A stretch of DNA of 64,000 bases from the NCBI GenBank assembly GCA_030390025.1, contig CM059452.1:8928001-8992000 (forward strand), in the 5' to 3' direction. A model generated the notes under the pieces. That model did not search any database and was not told where the DNA came from. It saw only the letters and a list, made by a program, of their open reading frames with translations. Origin of the DNA: Squalus acanthias. Lineage: Eukaryota. Positions 1 to 12,435 of the stretch are shown piece by piece (the first letter of the stretch is position 1; each line of letters opens with the position of its first letter). A program made the position numbers and the translations under genes.

Positions 1-1243
1 AGCATAACTGAGGCAAGCCCTAACTGTCTCATTTATTACTGTACTCGACTCTCTGTCTCCGTTTATATTAAACTAGATCTTGTCTCAGTTTATATTACAG
101 AAGACCTTGTCTCTGTTTATATTACACTCGGCCTTGTCTCAGTTTATATTACACTAGGCCCTGTCTCAGTTTATATTAAACTAGACCCTGTTTCAGTTTA
201 TATTGCACTCGACCATGTATCATTTATTACTGCTCCAGAGAATGCCTCAGTTTGTATTACACTAGGCCCTGTCTCATTTATTCTGCACTAGACCATGTTT
301 TATTTAAATTACATCCGACCTTTTCTCTGTTTATAAGAAATAGGAGCAGGAGTAGGCCATTTGGCCCTTCGAGCCTGCTCCACCATTCAATAAGATCATG
401 GCTGATCTTCTATCTCATCTCCACTTTCCTGAACTATACCCTTATCCTTTGGTTACATAAGTCCCTATCTCACTTATTACTGAAAAAGAGCTTTTCTCTG
501 TTTATATAACACATGATGTGGAGATGCCGGCGTTGGACTGGGGTGGACAAAAATGAGAAGTCGCACAACACCAGGTTATAGTCCAACAGATTTATTTAAA
601 ATTATAAATTTTAAATAAATCTGTTGGACTATAACCTGGTGTTGTGCGACTTCTCATTTTTATATAACACATGACCTTGCTTATATTACACTAGACCCTG
701 TCTCAGTTATACTGCACCAGAGACTCTCTCTGTTTGTATTACACTAGGCCCTGTCTCAGTTATACTGCACTAGACACTCTCTCTGTTTATATTACACTAT
801 GCCCTGTCTCAGTTAGTACTGCACTAGACCCTGTCTCTGTTTATATTACACTAGGCTCGGTATCAGTTATTACTGCACTAGACACTCTCTCTGTTTATAT
901 TACACTAGGCCCTCTCTCAGTTATTACTGCACTAGACACTCTCTCTGTTTATATTTCACTAGACCCTGTCTCAGTTATTACTGCATCAGACCCTGTCGCT
1001 GTTTGTATTACACTAGACCCTGTCTCTCTTTATATTACACCAGACCCTGTCTCAGTTATTACTGCACTAGACCCTGCTTCTGTTTATATTACACTACACC
1101 CTGTCTCTGTTTATATTACACTAGACCGTGTCGCTGTTTATATTACACGAGACCCTGTCTCTGTTTATATTACACAAGACCCTGTCTCTGATTTTGTTAC
1201 ACTAGGCCCTGTCTCTGTTTATATTACACTAGGCCCTGTCTCA
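1..1243 (+). repeat. 27-bp satellite array (CTAGACCCTGTCTCTGTTTATATTACA) with small insertions
   Basis: 27-nt period (9-aa period VYITLDPVS in spurious ORFs); interrupted by a CR1 3' fragment (~333-440) and a palindromic insert (517-660). Confidence 0.92.
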
Positions 1244-1259
1244 AATGGCCCAAAGAATT

Positions 1260-1790
1260 AACAGAGTAATTAAAACAAATTTTTTAAAACTGAAAGGGGA
1301 TGTGCGGACTCAGCCAGTACAGCATAACATCATCTATTAAAAGAGGCAAGAATCTAAATGATGTGTTGGTCGGCAGCAGAGTACAGGCAACGCAAAACTG
1401 TGGTGACAAGCATAGTGGAATATGTAAATACCTAAAAATCCAAAAAATGATACCAAACAGGAGCACGGGGTATGCAGCCTACATAAACCAAAAGATTGCA
1501 TGCGAACAGCCCAATGTAATCTACGGCAATCCGATGCAAACATCTTATATTTAGGGGGAACAGGGAACAATCAAAGAGCCAGGCTTACTGGGCACCTCAG
1601 TGCCACTAGAACAGAACATGAAGACAAAGCTATCACCAGACATTTCATGGAACGTGGGGTTCAGTCCCTGGAAATTATGGGGCTTGAAACCAATATGAGC
1701 TGAACAATCCCACAAAGGAAGAAGAGAGAGACGCTGGAATGCAAAATTAGAAACCCAGTTACCAAATAGCCTGAATCAAATATAAAGCAG
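1260..1790 (+). mobile_element. Degenerate Penelope-like element, GIY-YIG end
   Basis: Frameshifted KRGKNLNDVLV...CEQPNVIY...LYLGGTG...RARLTGH...AITRHF...MGLE matches the PLE RT C-terminus/GIY-YIG pattern. Confidence 0.6.
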
Positions 1791-1854
1791 GAAAACTCTG
1801 ACCCAGACCCAAACCTAAAGTTTCCCCCCAAAAACTAACCAGCTACCATGGAAC

Positions 1855-2125
1855 CCTACACTAACCCTCACCATATTCCTATCTCACAAACCCTTACCCT
1901 AACCCTAACCCCAACCCCAACATGAACACTAACTCGAACCCTAACCCCTACCCTAACACTAACCCTATCTCACAAACCCTAGCCCTAGCCCACCCCTAAC
2001 ACCAACACTATTCCCAAACACGATCCCTAACCCGAACCCTCACCCCTACCCGAACCGTAATGACACTAACCCTAATGACTCCAACACCAAAGACGCTAAC
2101 GCTAACCTAAAAACCTCACCCTAAA
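1855..2125 (+). repeat. Degenerate telomere-like (CCCTAA)n tract
   Basis: Many CCCTAA/CACTAA/CCCTAC/CCCGAA hexamers, e.g. ACCCTAACCCTAACCCCAACCCC. Confidence 0.75.
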
Positions 2126-2424
2126 GTCCCTTCAACCATGATCCTAATCTCGATCTTAAGCACGACTACACTTTCAACTAGATATTACCACGTTGAAGAC
2201 TCCAACATATGCCTTGAAACCCAAATATAACCCGAGTTGGGGCTAGATAATGGCAGTAGAACTGGACAAAAAGCAATAAAAGGCGTGAGAATCTTTTCTC
2301 ATTCTCTTTTCTCATTATTAAATCTAATGAGAGGGCTAAAAAAGCGAGGGAATGCATAATAAATGGTAGGATACTGAGAAGTGTAGAGGAACAGAGGGAC
2401 CTTGGAGTGCAAGTCCACAGATAA

Positions 2425-5400
2425 GAACAATAAGAAAGAATATAAGAAATAGGAGCAGGAATAGGCCACTTGGCCCCTCGAGCCTGCTCCGTCATTCAAT
2501 AAGATCATGGCTGATCTTGGGCTCAAAGCCACTTCCCAGCCCGTTCCCCATAACCCTTCACTCCCTTATCTTGCAAAAATGTGTCTATCTCCACTTTAAA
2601 TGTATTTAATGACCCAGCCTCCACAGCTCTCTGGGGCAGAGAATTCCACAAATTTACGACCCTCTGAGAGAAGAAGTTCCTCCTCATCTCAGTTCTAAAA
2701 GGGCGACCCTTTATTCTGAAACTGTGCCCCCGAGTTCTAGATTTCCCCATGAGGGGAAACATCCTCTCTGCATCTACCTTGGCGAGCCCCCTCAGTATAT
2801 TATATGTTTCGATAAGATCACCTCACATTCAATGAATTCCAATGAATATAGGCCCAGCCTGCTCAACCTTTCCTCATAAGTCAAACCCCCCCCATCTCTG
2901 GAATTAACCTAGTGAATCGTCTCTGAACTGCCTCCAATGCAAATATATCCTTCCTTAAATAAGGAGACCAAAACTGTACGCAGTACTCAAGGTGTGGCCT
3001 CACCAATACCTTGTACAGTTGTAGCAGGACTTCCCTACTTTTATACTCCAACCCCCTTGAAATAAAGGCCAACATTCCATTTGCCTTGTTGATTACTTGC
3101 TGTACCTGCATGCTAACTTTTTGTGTTTCAAGCACAAGGACCACCAGATCCCTCTGAACTGTAGCATTTTGTAATCTCTCTCCATTTAAATAATAGTTTG
3201 CTTTATTATTTTTCCTGCCAAAGTGGATAACCTCGCACTTTCCCACATTATACTCCATCTGCCAAATGTTTGCCCACTCACCTAGCCTGTCTATATCGCT
3301 TTGCAGATTCTTTGAGTCCACTGCACAACTTGCTTTCCCACCCATCTTTGTATCATCCGAAAACCTGGCTACATTATACTCGATCCCTTCATCCAAGTCA
3401 TTAATGTAGATTGTAAATAGTTGGGGCCCCAGCACCGATCCTTGTGGCACCCCACTAGTTACCGTTTGCCAACCGGAAAATGACCCATTTATCCCGACTC
3501 TCTGCTTCCTGTTAGTTAGCCAATTCTCTATACATGCTAATATATTACCCCCAACTCCGTGAGCTCTTATCTTATGCAGCAACCTTTTATGTGGCACCTT
3601 ATCGAATGCCTTCTGGAAATCCAAATACACCACATCCACTGGCTGACCCTTGTCCACCCTACTTGTTACATCCTCAAAGAACTCCAGCAAGTTTGTTAAA
3701 CATGATTTCCCTTTCTTAAAACCATGCTGACTCTGTTTGAATGCAGTATGTTTTTCTAAATTCCCTGCTAATGCTTCCTTAATGAAGGACTCCAGCATTT
3801 TTCCAACGTCAGGTGTTAGGCCAACTGGTCTATAGTTTCCTGCTTTCTGTCTCCCTCCTTTCTTAAATACGGGTGTTACATTAGTGGTTTTCCAATCCGC
3901 TGGGACCTCTCCAGAGTCCAGGGAATTTTGGTATATTGCAACCAATGCATCCACTATCTCTGCAGCCACTTCTTTTTGGGATGCAGGCCATCTGGTCCAG
4001 GGGACTTATCATCTTTTAGTCCCATTATTTTACCGAGTACTATTTCCTTAGTGATAGTGATTTTCTTTAGTTCCCCACTCCCTGTGGCCCCTTGATTAAC
4101 CATTATTGGGATGTTGTTAGTGTCTACTACTGTGAAGACAGATGCAAAATATTTGTTCAGAGTTTCTGCGATTTCCCCGTTCCCCATTATTAATTCCTCA
4201 GTTTCATCCTCTAAGGGACCAACGTTTACTTTAGCTACCCTCTTCCTCTTTACATACCTGTAGAAGCTCTTACTATCTGTTTTAATGTTCCTTGCCAGCT
4301 TTCTCTCATAATTCATCTTCTCTCTCTTTATTATTTTTTTAGTCATCCTCTGCTGGTTTTTAAATATTTCCCAATCCTCTGTTCTCCCACCAATCTTGTC
4401 AACATTGTATACCTTCGTTTTCAATTTGATACCATCCTTTACTTCCTTAGTTAGCCACGGATGGTGCTCCCTTCTCTTAAAATCTTTCTTTCTCACTGGA
4501 ATATATTTTTGTTGAGAGTTATGAAATATCTCCTTAAATGTCCGCCACTGCATTTCAACTTTCTTACACTTTAATTGGTTTTTCCAGTCCACTTTAGCCA
4601 GTTCTGCCCTCATGCCATTATAATTGTCTTTGTTTAAGATCAGGACACTGGTTTGCGATACAACTTTCTCACCCTCCAACTGAATTTGAAATTTAACCCT
4701 GCTATGATCACTCTTTCCTAGAGGATCCTTTACTATGAGATCGTTTATTAATTCTGTCTCATTACACAGTACCAGATCTAAGATAGCCTGCTCCCTGGTT
4801 GGTTCCATTACATACTGTTCCAGGAAAACATCCCGGATGCACTCTATGAACTCTTCCTCTAGGCTACCACGGCCAATTTGTTTTGTTCAATTAATATGGA
4901 GATTAAAATCACCCATGATTATTACCATACCTTTTTTGCAGGCCTCCATTATTTGTTGATTTATACTCTGTCCAACAGTATTGCTACTGTTGGGGGGCCA
5001 GTAGACTACGTCCACCAGAGACTTTTTCCCCTTATTATTTTTATCTCCACCCAAACCGACTCTACATCTTGATCTTCTGAGCCATAATCACTTCTCTCCA
5101 CTGCACTGATCCCATCTTTTACCAACAAAGCCACCCCACCTCCCTTTCCTTTCTTTCTATCCTTCCGAATTATCTTATACCCTGGAATATTCAGTTCCCA
5201 GCCCTGGTCACCTTGCAACCACGTCTCAGTAATGGCGATCAGATCATACCCATTTGTATCTTATTTGTGCCGTCAACTCATTTATCTTGTAACAATGCTG
5301 CGTGCATTCAGATATAGAGCTTTTAACTTTATCTTTTTATCATTTTTTCTTGTTTTGGCCTTTTTTTCTGTTACACTCTTATTTTTAAACATTCTGTCCC

Positions 5401-6049
5401 TTCCTGTCACACTCTGGTTATTATTTCCCCTATCTCTAGCCTGCTCTATTCCAATCTCATTTCTCATTGACTTTTTATTTTACCACTCACCTGGATCCTC
5501 CCCCCACCACCCCAGCCGCCCACTATTTAGTTTAAAGCCCTCTCGACAGCCCTAGTTATTCGATGTGCCAGGACTCTAGCCCCAGCATGGTTCAAGTGAA
5601 GCCCGTTCAAACGGAACAGCTCCCTCTTATCCCAGTACTGGTGCCAATGCCCCACAAATCGAAACCCATTTCTCCTACACCAGTCTTTGAGCCACTCGTT
5701 CATTTCTCTGATCTTATTTACCCTATGCAAATTCGCTCGTGGCTCAGGTAGTAATCCTGAGATTATTACCTTTGTGGTTCTGCTTTTTAATTTAGCCCCT
5801 AGCTGCTCATACACTCTCAGCAGAACCTCTTTATTTTTCCTACCTATGTCATTGGTAACTATGTGGACCATGACGACTGGATCTTCCCCTTCCCACTCCA
5901 AGTTTCTCTCCAGTGGGGATGTCCTTTACCCTGGCACCGGGCAGGCAACACAGCCTTCGGGACTCACGCTCTCGGCTGCAGAGAACAGTATCTATCCCCC
6001 TCACTATACTGTCCCCAATCACTACAACATTTATTTTTCCTCCCCCACT
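2425..6049 (-). mobile_element. CR1 LINE, near full length (ORF1 esterase part, APE endonuclease, RT), frameshifted
   Basis: ORFs 5527-5901 (SGNH esterase-like), 5282-5467/5006-5218/3954-4808 (endonuclease), 2881-3969 ([23 protein letters not shown]); CR1 3' tail. Confidence 0.93.
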
Positions 6050-6730
6050 ACCTGAAGGTAGTAGGACAGGTAGATAAGGTGGTTAAGAAGGCACACAGGA
6101 TACTTTTCTTTAGTAGCCGAGGCATGGAATATATGACCAGGGTGGTTTTGCTAGAACTGTATAAAACTCTAGTTAGGTTGCAGCTAGAATACTGCGTGCA
6201 GTTCTGGTCACCACATTACAGGAAAGATGTGGTTGCACTAGAGGGGGTGCAGAGGAGATTTACGAGGATGTTGCCAGGACTGGAGAATTTTAGCTCTGAG
6301 GATAGATTGGATAGGCTGGGGTTGTTTTCTTTGGTACAGATGAGGCTGAGGGGAGACCGAATTGAGGTGTATAAATTATGAGGAGCCTTGATAGAGTCAA
6401 TAGGAAGGAACTATTTCCCTTAGCAGAGACGTCAATAACCAGAGGGCATAGATTTGGTCGAAGAATTAGAGGGGAGTTGAGGAGAATTTTTTTCACCCAG
6501 AGGGTGGTGGGGGTTTTGAACTCACTGCCTGAAAGGGTGGTACAGGCAGAAACCCACAGGACTTTTAAAAAGTACTTGGATATGCACTTGAAGTGCCGTA
6601 ACCTACTGGGCTACGGACCAAGTGCTGGAAAGGGGGATTAGGCTGGATAGCTCTTTTTCGGCAGGCACAGACACGATGGACGCAATGGCTTCTTCTGTAC
6701 TGTAAATTTCTATGATTATATGATTCTATG
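6050..6730 (+). mobile_element. CR1 LINE 3' fragment whose upstream part lies at ~2340-2421 (host of the nested insertion)
   Basis: RLQLEYCVQFWSPHY...RGDRIEVYK; ATTCTATG-type tail; reading continues from GDLGVQVH at 2400-2421. Confidence 0.85.
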
Positions 6731-7321
6731 ACAACAAGACATAATTTTCATCACCTCTATTAAATCAACCTTTAACTTTCTCTGCTCTAAGTAGAAAAAT
6801 CTCAGTTTCTCTCGTCTCCACATAACTGAAAAACCTCATCCCTGGTAGAATTCTAAAAAACCTGCTCTGCACCATCTCCAAGACCTTGACATACTTCCTA
6901 ATGTCTGGATTGAAATAAATTTAATCTTTATTGCTCCTTTAGATTAGTTATAAGGACACATGCTCTCTTAAAATTGGACTGAGCATTAATCTGAGTATTA
7001 TGAATTATTAATTGATGACAATGATTTGACTTGTTCTGACAGTGCAGACGTCTGTGCTCAGCAACATCTGCCTCTGCGAGATTCATCTTTCAACAAGATC
7101 ATTATCGCCACCTGCTGATGATGAACATCTACTGCAGGCGCCAGAGTTTCCTTTTAAACATGATTCAGAATTCCACAGACAACAACTTGCACTGACCCAG
7201 TGACGCTCACCCAGTTTCTCAGAACAAACCACAAGAGGGCTGAGATGAATTCAGGGAGGAAGGACCAAAATTACTGCTTTAAATTCTGAGGAGCTTTTCA
7301 TGGGAAGGTGTGAAGTTATAT

Positions 7322-9228
7322 AAGAACATAAGAATTAGGAGCAGGAGTAGGCCGTACGGCCCCTCGAGCCTGCTCCGCCGTTCAATAAGATCATGGCTGA
7401 TCATCGACCTCAACTCCACTTTCCCACCCGATCCCCATATTTCGTGAGTCTCCTAGAGTCCAACAATCTATCTATCTCAGCCTTGAATATACTCAACGAC
7501 TCAGCATTTGAAGCCCTTTGGGGCAGAGAATTCCAAAGATTCGCAACCCTCTGAGTGAAGCAATTCCTCCTCATCTCAGTCTTAAATGGCTGACCCCTCA
7601 TCCTGAGACTATGCCCCCTAGTTCTAGACACTCCAGCCAGGGGAAACAGCCTCTTAGCATCCACCCTGTCAATCCCCCTCAGAATCTTATATGTTTCAAT
7701 GAGATCACCTCTCATTCTTCTAAACTCCAGAGACTATAGGCCCAATCTACTCAAACTCTCCTCATAGGACAATCCCCCATCCCAGGAATCAATCTAGTGA
7801 ACCTTCGTTGCACCGCCTGTAAGGCAAGTATATCCTGCCTCAGATAAGGAGACCAAAACTGTGCAATGTACTCCAGGTGTGGTCTCACCAAAGCCCTGTA
7901 AAATTGTATTAAGACTTCCTTACTCTTGACTCCAATAGCTTTGCAATAACGGCCAACATTTCATTTGCCTTCCTATTTGCTTGCTGTGCCAGTATGCTAA
8001 CTTTTTGTGTTTCCTGAACGAGGACACCTAAATCTCCCTGATCACCAACATTTAGTGGTTGCTCACCATTTAAAATATTCTGCTTTTCTATTCTTCCTAC
8101 CAAAGTGAATAACCTCCCAGTTCCCCACATTGTACTCCATCTGCCAGCTCATTTCCCACTCACTTATCCTGTCTATATCCCTTTGCAGGCAATTTGTGCC
8201 CTCCTCACAGCTTACTTTCCGAGCTGGCTTTGTATCGTCAGAAAACTTGATACATTACACTCGGTCCCTTCAGCTAAGTCATTAATATAGATTGTAATTA
8301 GCTGAGGCCCAAGCACTGATCATTGCGGTACCCATTTGTTGCAGCCTGCCAATCCGAAAATTACATGTTTATCCCTACTCTCTGTTTTCTGTCCGTTAAC
8401 CAATCCTCTATCCATGCTAATACGTTACCCCCAACCCCATGAGCCCTTACGTTAAGAAACAACCTTTTTATGTGGCACCTTATCGAATGCCTTTTGGAAA
8501 TCCAAATATACTACATGCACTGGTTCCCCTTTATCTACCCTGCTAGTTGCATCCTTAGAAACTCCAATAAATTTGTTAAACATGATTTCGCTTTCATAAA
8601 ACCGTGTGGACTCTGCCTAATCATATTACGATTTTATCAGTGCCCTGTTACCACTTCCTTAATAATGGATTCCAGCATTTTCCCGACGACTGATGTCAGG
8701 CTAACTGGCCTGTAGCTGCCTGTTTTCTTTCTCCCTCCTTTCTTGAATAGCAGGGTCACATTTGCTACCTTCTAATCCACTGGGAACGTTCTAGAATCTA
8801 CGAAATTTGGAAGATCACAAACAATGCATCCACTATCTCTTCAGCCACCTCTTTTAGGACTCTCGGATGTAGGTCGTCAGGTCCAGGGTATTTGTCGGTT
8901 TTTAGTCCTATTAGTTTCTCAAGTACTTTTTCTCTACTGATATTAATTACTTTAAGTTCCTCACTCTTATTAGCCCCTTGATTCCCCAGTATTTTTGGCA
9001 TGCTTTTTGTGTCTTCTATTGTGAAGACAGATACAAAATATGTGTTTAAAGTCTCTGCCATTTCCTTATCCCTCATTATAATTTCACCAGTCTCAACCTC
9101 TAAGGGACCAACGCTTACTGTTGCTTCTCTCCCCCTTTTAGCATACTTGCAGAAGCTCTTACAATCTGTTTTTATATTTGTTGCTAGTTTATTCTCCTAT
9201 TCTATTTTCTCCCTTTTTATCAATTTTT
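7322..9228 (-). mobile_element. CR1 LINE, 5'-truncated and degenerate
   Basis: RT fragments (PGPDDLHPRVLKE, MRGDLIETYKIL) and a CR1 3' UTR. Confidence 0.9.
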
Positions 9229-9449
9229 TGGAAGAAGCTGGCAATGAAGAAGGGAAATGCAACTGCAAAACCCACACACCTCCTCTAATGATGGAGGAGG
9301 TTCCGATGCATCTGAGATTCTTGTGGGCAGCTGCACATGTGCATCATTCTTACGCCGGGTTGAAACTTGCTGCAAGGAAGAGCGCACGGAAACCGCCCAC
9401 ATTTCAAAAGCATTTTAAACGCACAATTGCAACTCCGAGACCGACTTTC

Positions 9450-9640
9450 CATTGTTACATATGTTTATATTACACCAGAAAGGATCTACTGCAGTATTAA
9501 ATGAGACAGGGTCTAGTGTATTATAAAAGGTGACATGGCCTACTGCAGCAATTATTGAGACAGGGACTATTGTAATATAAGCAGAGATAGGGTCTAGTGT
9601 AGTGCATTGATAACTGAGAGAGGGCCGAGTGTATTCGAAC
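9450..9640 (-). repeat. Degenerate copies of the 27-bp satellite
   Basis: GAGACAGGGTCTAGTGTA units, reverse complement of the array at 1-1243. Confidence 0.7.
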
Positions 9641-9711
9641 AGAACAGATGAAAAGTCTGTGTGTCAGTAGGTCCCAACCTCTCAGAATATTTTCCACTGT
9701 TTGTGTTCTCT

Positions 9712-9866
9712 GATGTGTCAGATATTCCTCAGGCTCTGGGAATCATTCCCAGGGTTTCTGCTCTCCGCTGTGTCAGATATTCCTCAGGCTCTGAGAATCA
9801 TTCCCAGGGTTTGTGCTCTCTGGTGTGTCAGATATTCCCCAGCCTCTGGGAATCATTCCCAGGGTT
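9712..9866 (+). repeat. 54-bp tandem repeat, about 3 copies
   Basis: GTGTCAGATATTCCTCAGGCTCTGGGAATCATTCCCAGGGTT repeated at 54-nt spacing. Confidence 0.85.
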
Positions 9867-11224
9867 ATCAAGTGATTTGAAATGAACCTCCATATAACCA
9901 ATGGGGTTGTGTTTTAGCAGTATGTGTATATTATTGTTGGGCAGGTTTGTGTACAAACAGGTTCCATTCATAATAGGTGGGTTGTAGTTGGCTTTCTATC
10001 TCTGATCAGCGGGCTGGAAACAGCTCGTTGATTTTTCTGCACAGAACCAGCAGATGTTTCCTGTAAGTTACATTGTGAGTTCTCGCCCCTCCCTGAGGGG
10101 GAAATGATTGATTTCTCTCACAAACGGTGTGGGAGAGATATGGACTGAGTGTGGGTGGGAGCAAAGTGGAATTTAACTCTTCAACTACTGAATGATTAGA
10201 CAACGTCCATCGAAAATATATTTCTTATGGCATGACCATAAAAATATGACGTTTCGTGTATGACATGTGCAGAACTGAATACAATGCGATTAGAGCAATG
10301 AAAGCGTTTGAGACATTCATCAATAAATGACAATTCTCCTCTAATTGAAGGCGACGTTGTATTACAATCCTGCAGAAGGCAAGGGAAGCTGTGCTGGAAT
10401 CACATAAACAAAGACAGGCACAGATATAAAGAACCGATATAACAGTTCTTGGTTCCATTGGTAATTTTGTCCTTGACCCCATGACCTGCAGTCTGCCGAT
10501 TTATTGTCCCAGTGATGGAGCCTCTGACCGGGAATTCTAGTTACTCACTGAGCTTTTGGTCTAATTGTCATTGACAGCCTTTATATTTTAAAATGAAACA
10601 CGCTCCGGTCCAGCTGTGAGAGACGTGCATTTGGCATCAGAACAGCTGGCCACAGCTGGGTTAAGGTCAGCACTGAATCAAACCGCACGATGGTGACACT
10701 CAATTAAAGCATTTAATTTAATGAGTTTCCTTTCCTGGTGCAAATTAAAAATGTTACCTAAAACTAATAATATCCCAAATCTATTGCTGTAATTGTTCCT
10801 TTAATCGGTTCACACTGGTAGATACTGTTTAATCTACAGTGTTGAGGACATTTCCATGGTCGGTGGGACAGTAATGTAACTGCGATTAGAAAGGCAGGCA
10901 GCGTGATTGAATTCTCACCCAGACAGCTTGGGGCGGACCGTGCAGTCTCCTCACACCCACACAGATCGGTGTAGATCTTAACTTTTACAACTTAGAATTG
11001 TTCAGAGTAAAATGAAGTGACAGTTTTCACACAGGTGAACGGAGATCCAGTGCCCGATTGAGGCAGGGATGATTGTATTAAGTGCGGAGCTGCGCAGGCG
11101 CGATGGATGCGATCTGACAACATGTGACGTTATTCCCAAACTTCGCTTTCCCTCCTGTAGAACCGGGACAAATATCAACTCTTGTGTCCTTTTCCCTTCC
11201 ATCCCACATGCAGTTGCCGATCGG

Positions 11225-11505
11225 AAAAAGAAAGACTTGCATTTTTCCAGCGCCTGTCCCGACATCAGGATGCCCCAAAGCGCTTCACAGCCAATGATGT
11301 ATTTTGAAATGTAATCACTGTTATAACCTCGGGAAACGCGGCAACCAATTTGCGCACAGCACGATCCAACTAACAGCAATGTGATAAATGACCAAATAAT
11401 CAGTTTTAGTGATGTTGGTTGAAGGATAAACATTGGCCAAACACCGGGGAGAATTCCCCCGCTCTTGGAAATAATGTCATGGGATCTTTTACGTCCACCT
11501 GGGAG
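11225..11505 (-). mobile_element. DeuSINE/SacSINE1-like SINE fragment
   Basis: AAGAAAGACTTGCATTT...CCCAAAGCGCTT.ACAGCCAATGA, homologous to the longer copy at 45365-45815. Confidence 0.7.
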
Positions 11506-11810
11506 GAATTGGACATTGAGTAAATGTGGGCTGTTTGTGGGGAATGTAAATCCTCACAGTGATTCAATTTTATACTAAATATGTTTTGGTTCGACCGTAT
11601 ATAATCCCCAACAGTAAATCGGCGATCAAAGTCAAGGTAATTTTGGGGAATGGACACAGAACACGGATTATTAATGGTTAATTATATTTTACACAGCTGG
11701 TCTCAGACAGGAAACAGAGGAGGAGTCAGGCTGCTGCTGGGGGAGGCGTGTAACTCCCAGTCCCCAGCTCACCCTCTCTCTCTCACACACACACACAGGG
11801 CTCCAGCCAG

Positions 11811-11818
11811 TTTAAATA
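11811..11818 (+). promoter_or_regulatory. Candidate TATA-like element of the VH promoter
   Basis: TTTAAATA about 100 nt upstream of the leader ATG; no ATGCAAAT octamer nearby, in line with shark IgH promoters. Confidence 0.45.
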
Positions 11819-11909
11819 GCGGGACGGTTCAGCTCTAAGTTCACAATCAGGAGGCGTTGTTGCGGCGCCGAGACACGTTCCCGAGTCAGTTACACCGAGA
11901 GACCGAACG

Positions 11910-11955
11910 ATGGGACTTGCCCCGTGCCTCTGTTTGTTACTGGTTTGCTTCGCCT
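11910..11955 (+). CDS. IGHV: IgH leader exon (MGLAPCLCLLLVCFA)
   Basis: ATG at 11910, 15 hydrophobic codons plus 1 nt, then GTGAGT donor (phase 1); splices in frame to the VDJ exon giving ...FA-YVRS|DIVLTQ. Confidence 0.93.
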
Positions 11956-12075
11956 GTGAGTATTCCTCGCTGCTTTAGTGACACGATAGAAGCCAGCTTC
12001 AGATATTGTGTTTTACTTCTATTCATTGATGTGAATGTTATCCAATGTAATTTAATTTTTTTCATTCACTGACAG

Positions 12076-12435
12076 ATGTCCGGTCCGATATCGTGCTGAC
12101 CCAGTCGGCTTCTGCGTCGAAGAAGTCCGGAGAATCTCACAAATTGTCCTGTTCAGTGAGCGGGTTCAATCTGGACAGCTACCACATGCACTGGATTAAA
12201 CAAGTTTCCGGGAAGGGGCTGGAGTGGCTGCTTGCTTCCAGAAAGCCGTCGGAAACCAAACTTTACGCGCCTGGAGTCGAAGGTCGGATCATCCCTTCAA
12301 AAGACTCTTCCGCAACCTATATCGAGATCAATGATCTGAGAATCGAAGACACCGCCATGTATTACTGTGCAAGAACAGTTACTGGGTGGGCCATGGACTT
12401 CTGGGGACAAGGCACCATGGTGACGGTGACTGGAG
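12076..12435 (+). CDS. IGHV: Pre-joined IgH VDJ exon; V is IgW/omega-like
   Basis: CAG acceptor 12073-12075; DIVLTQ...C...W..Q..GKGLEW...EDTAMYYCAR-TVTGWAMDF-WGQGTMVTVTG in one frame; G|GTAAG donor; no heptamer/nonamer between V and J. Confidence 0.96.

Noticed and set aside
734-1261. Repetitive ORFs (also 50539-51021, 24.4-26.1 kb and CA/GA-rich ORFs)
   Set aside because: Translations of satellites and microsatellites with no coding evidence.
12076-12435. Processed (retro) pseudogene origin of the joined VDJ
   Set aside because: The leader intron and all C-region introns are present.
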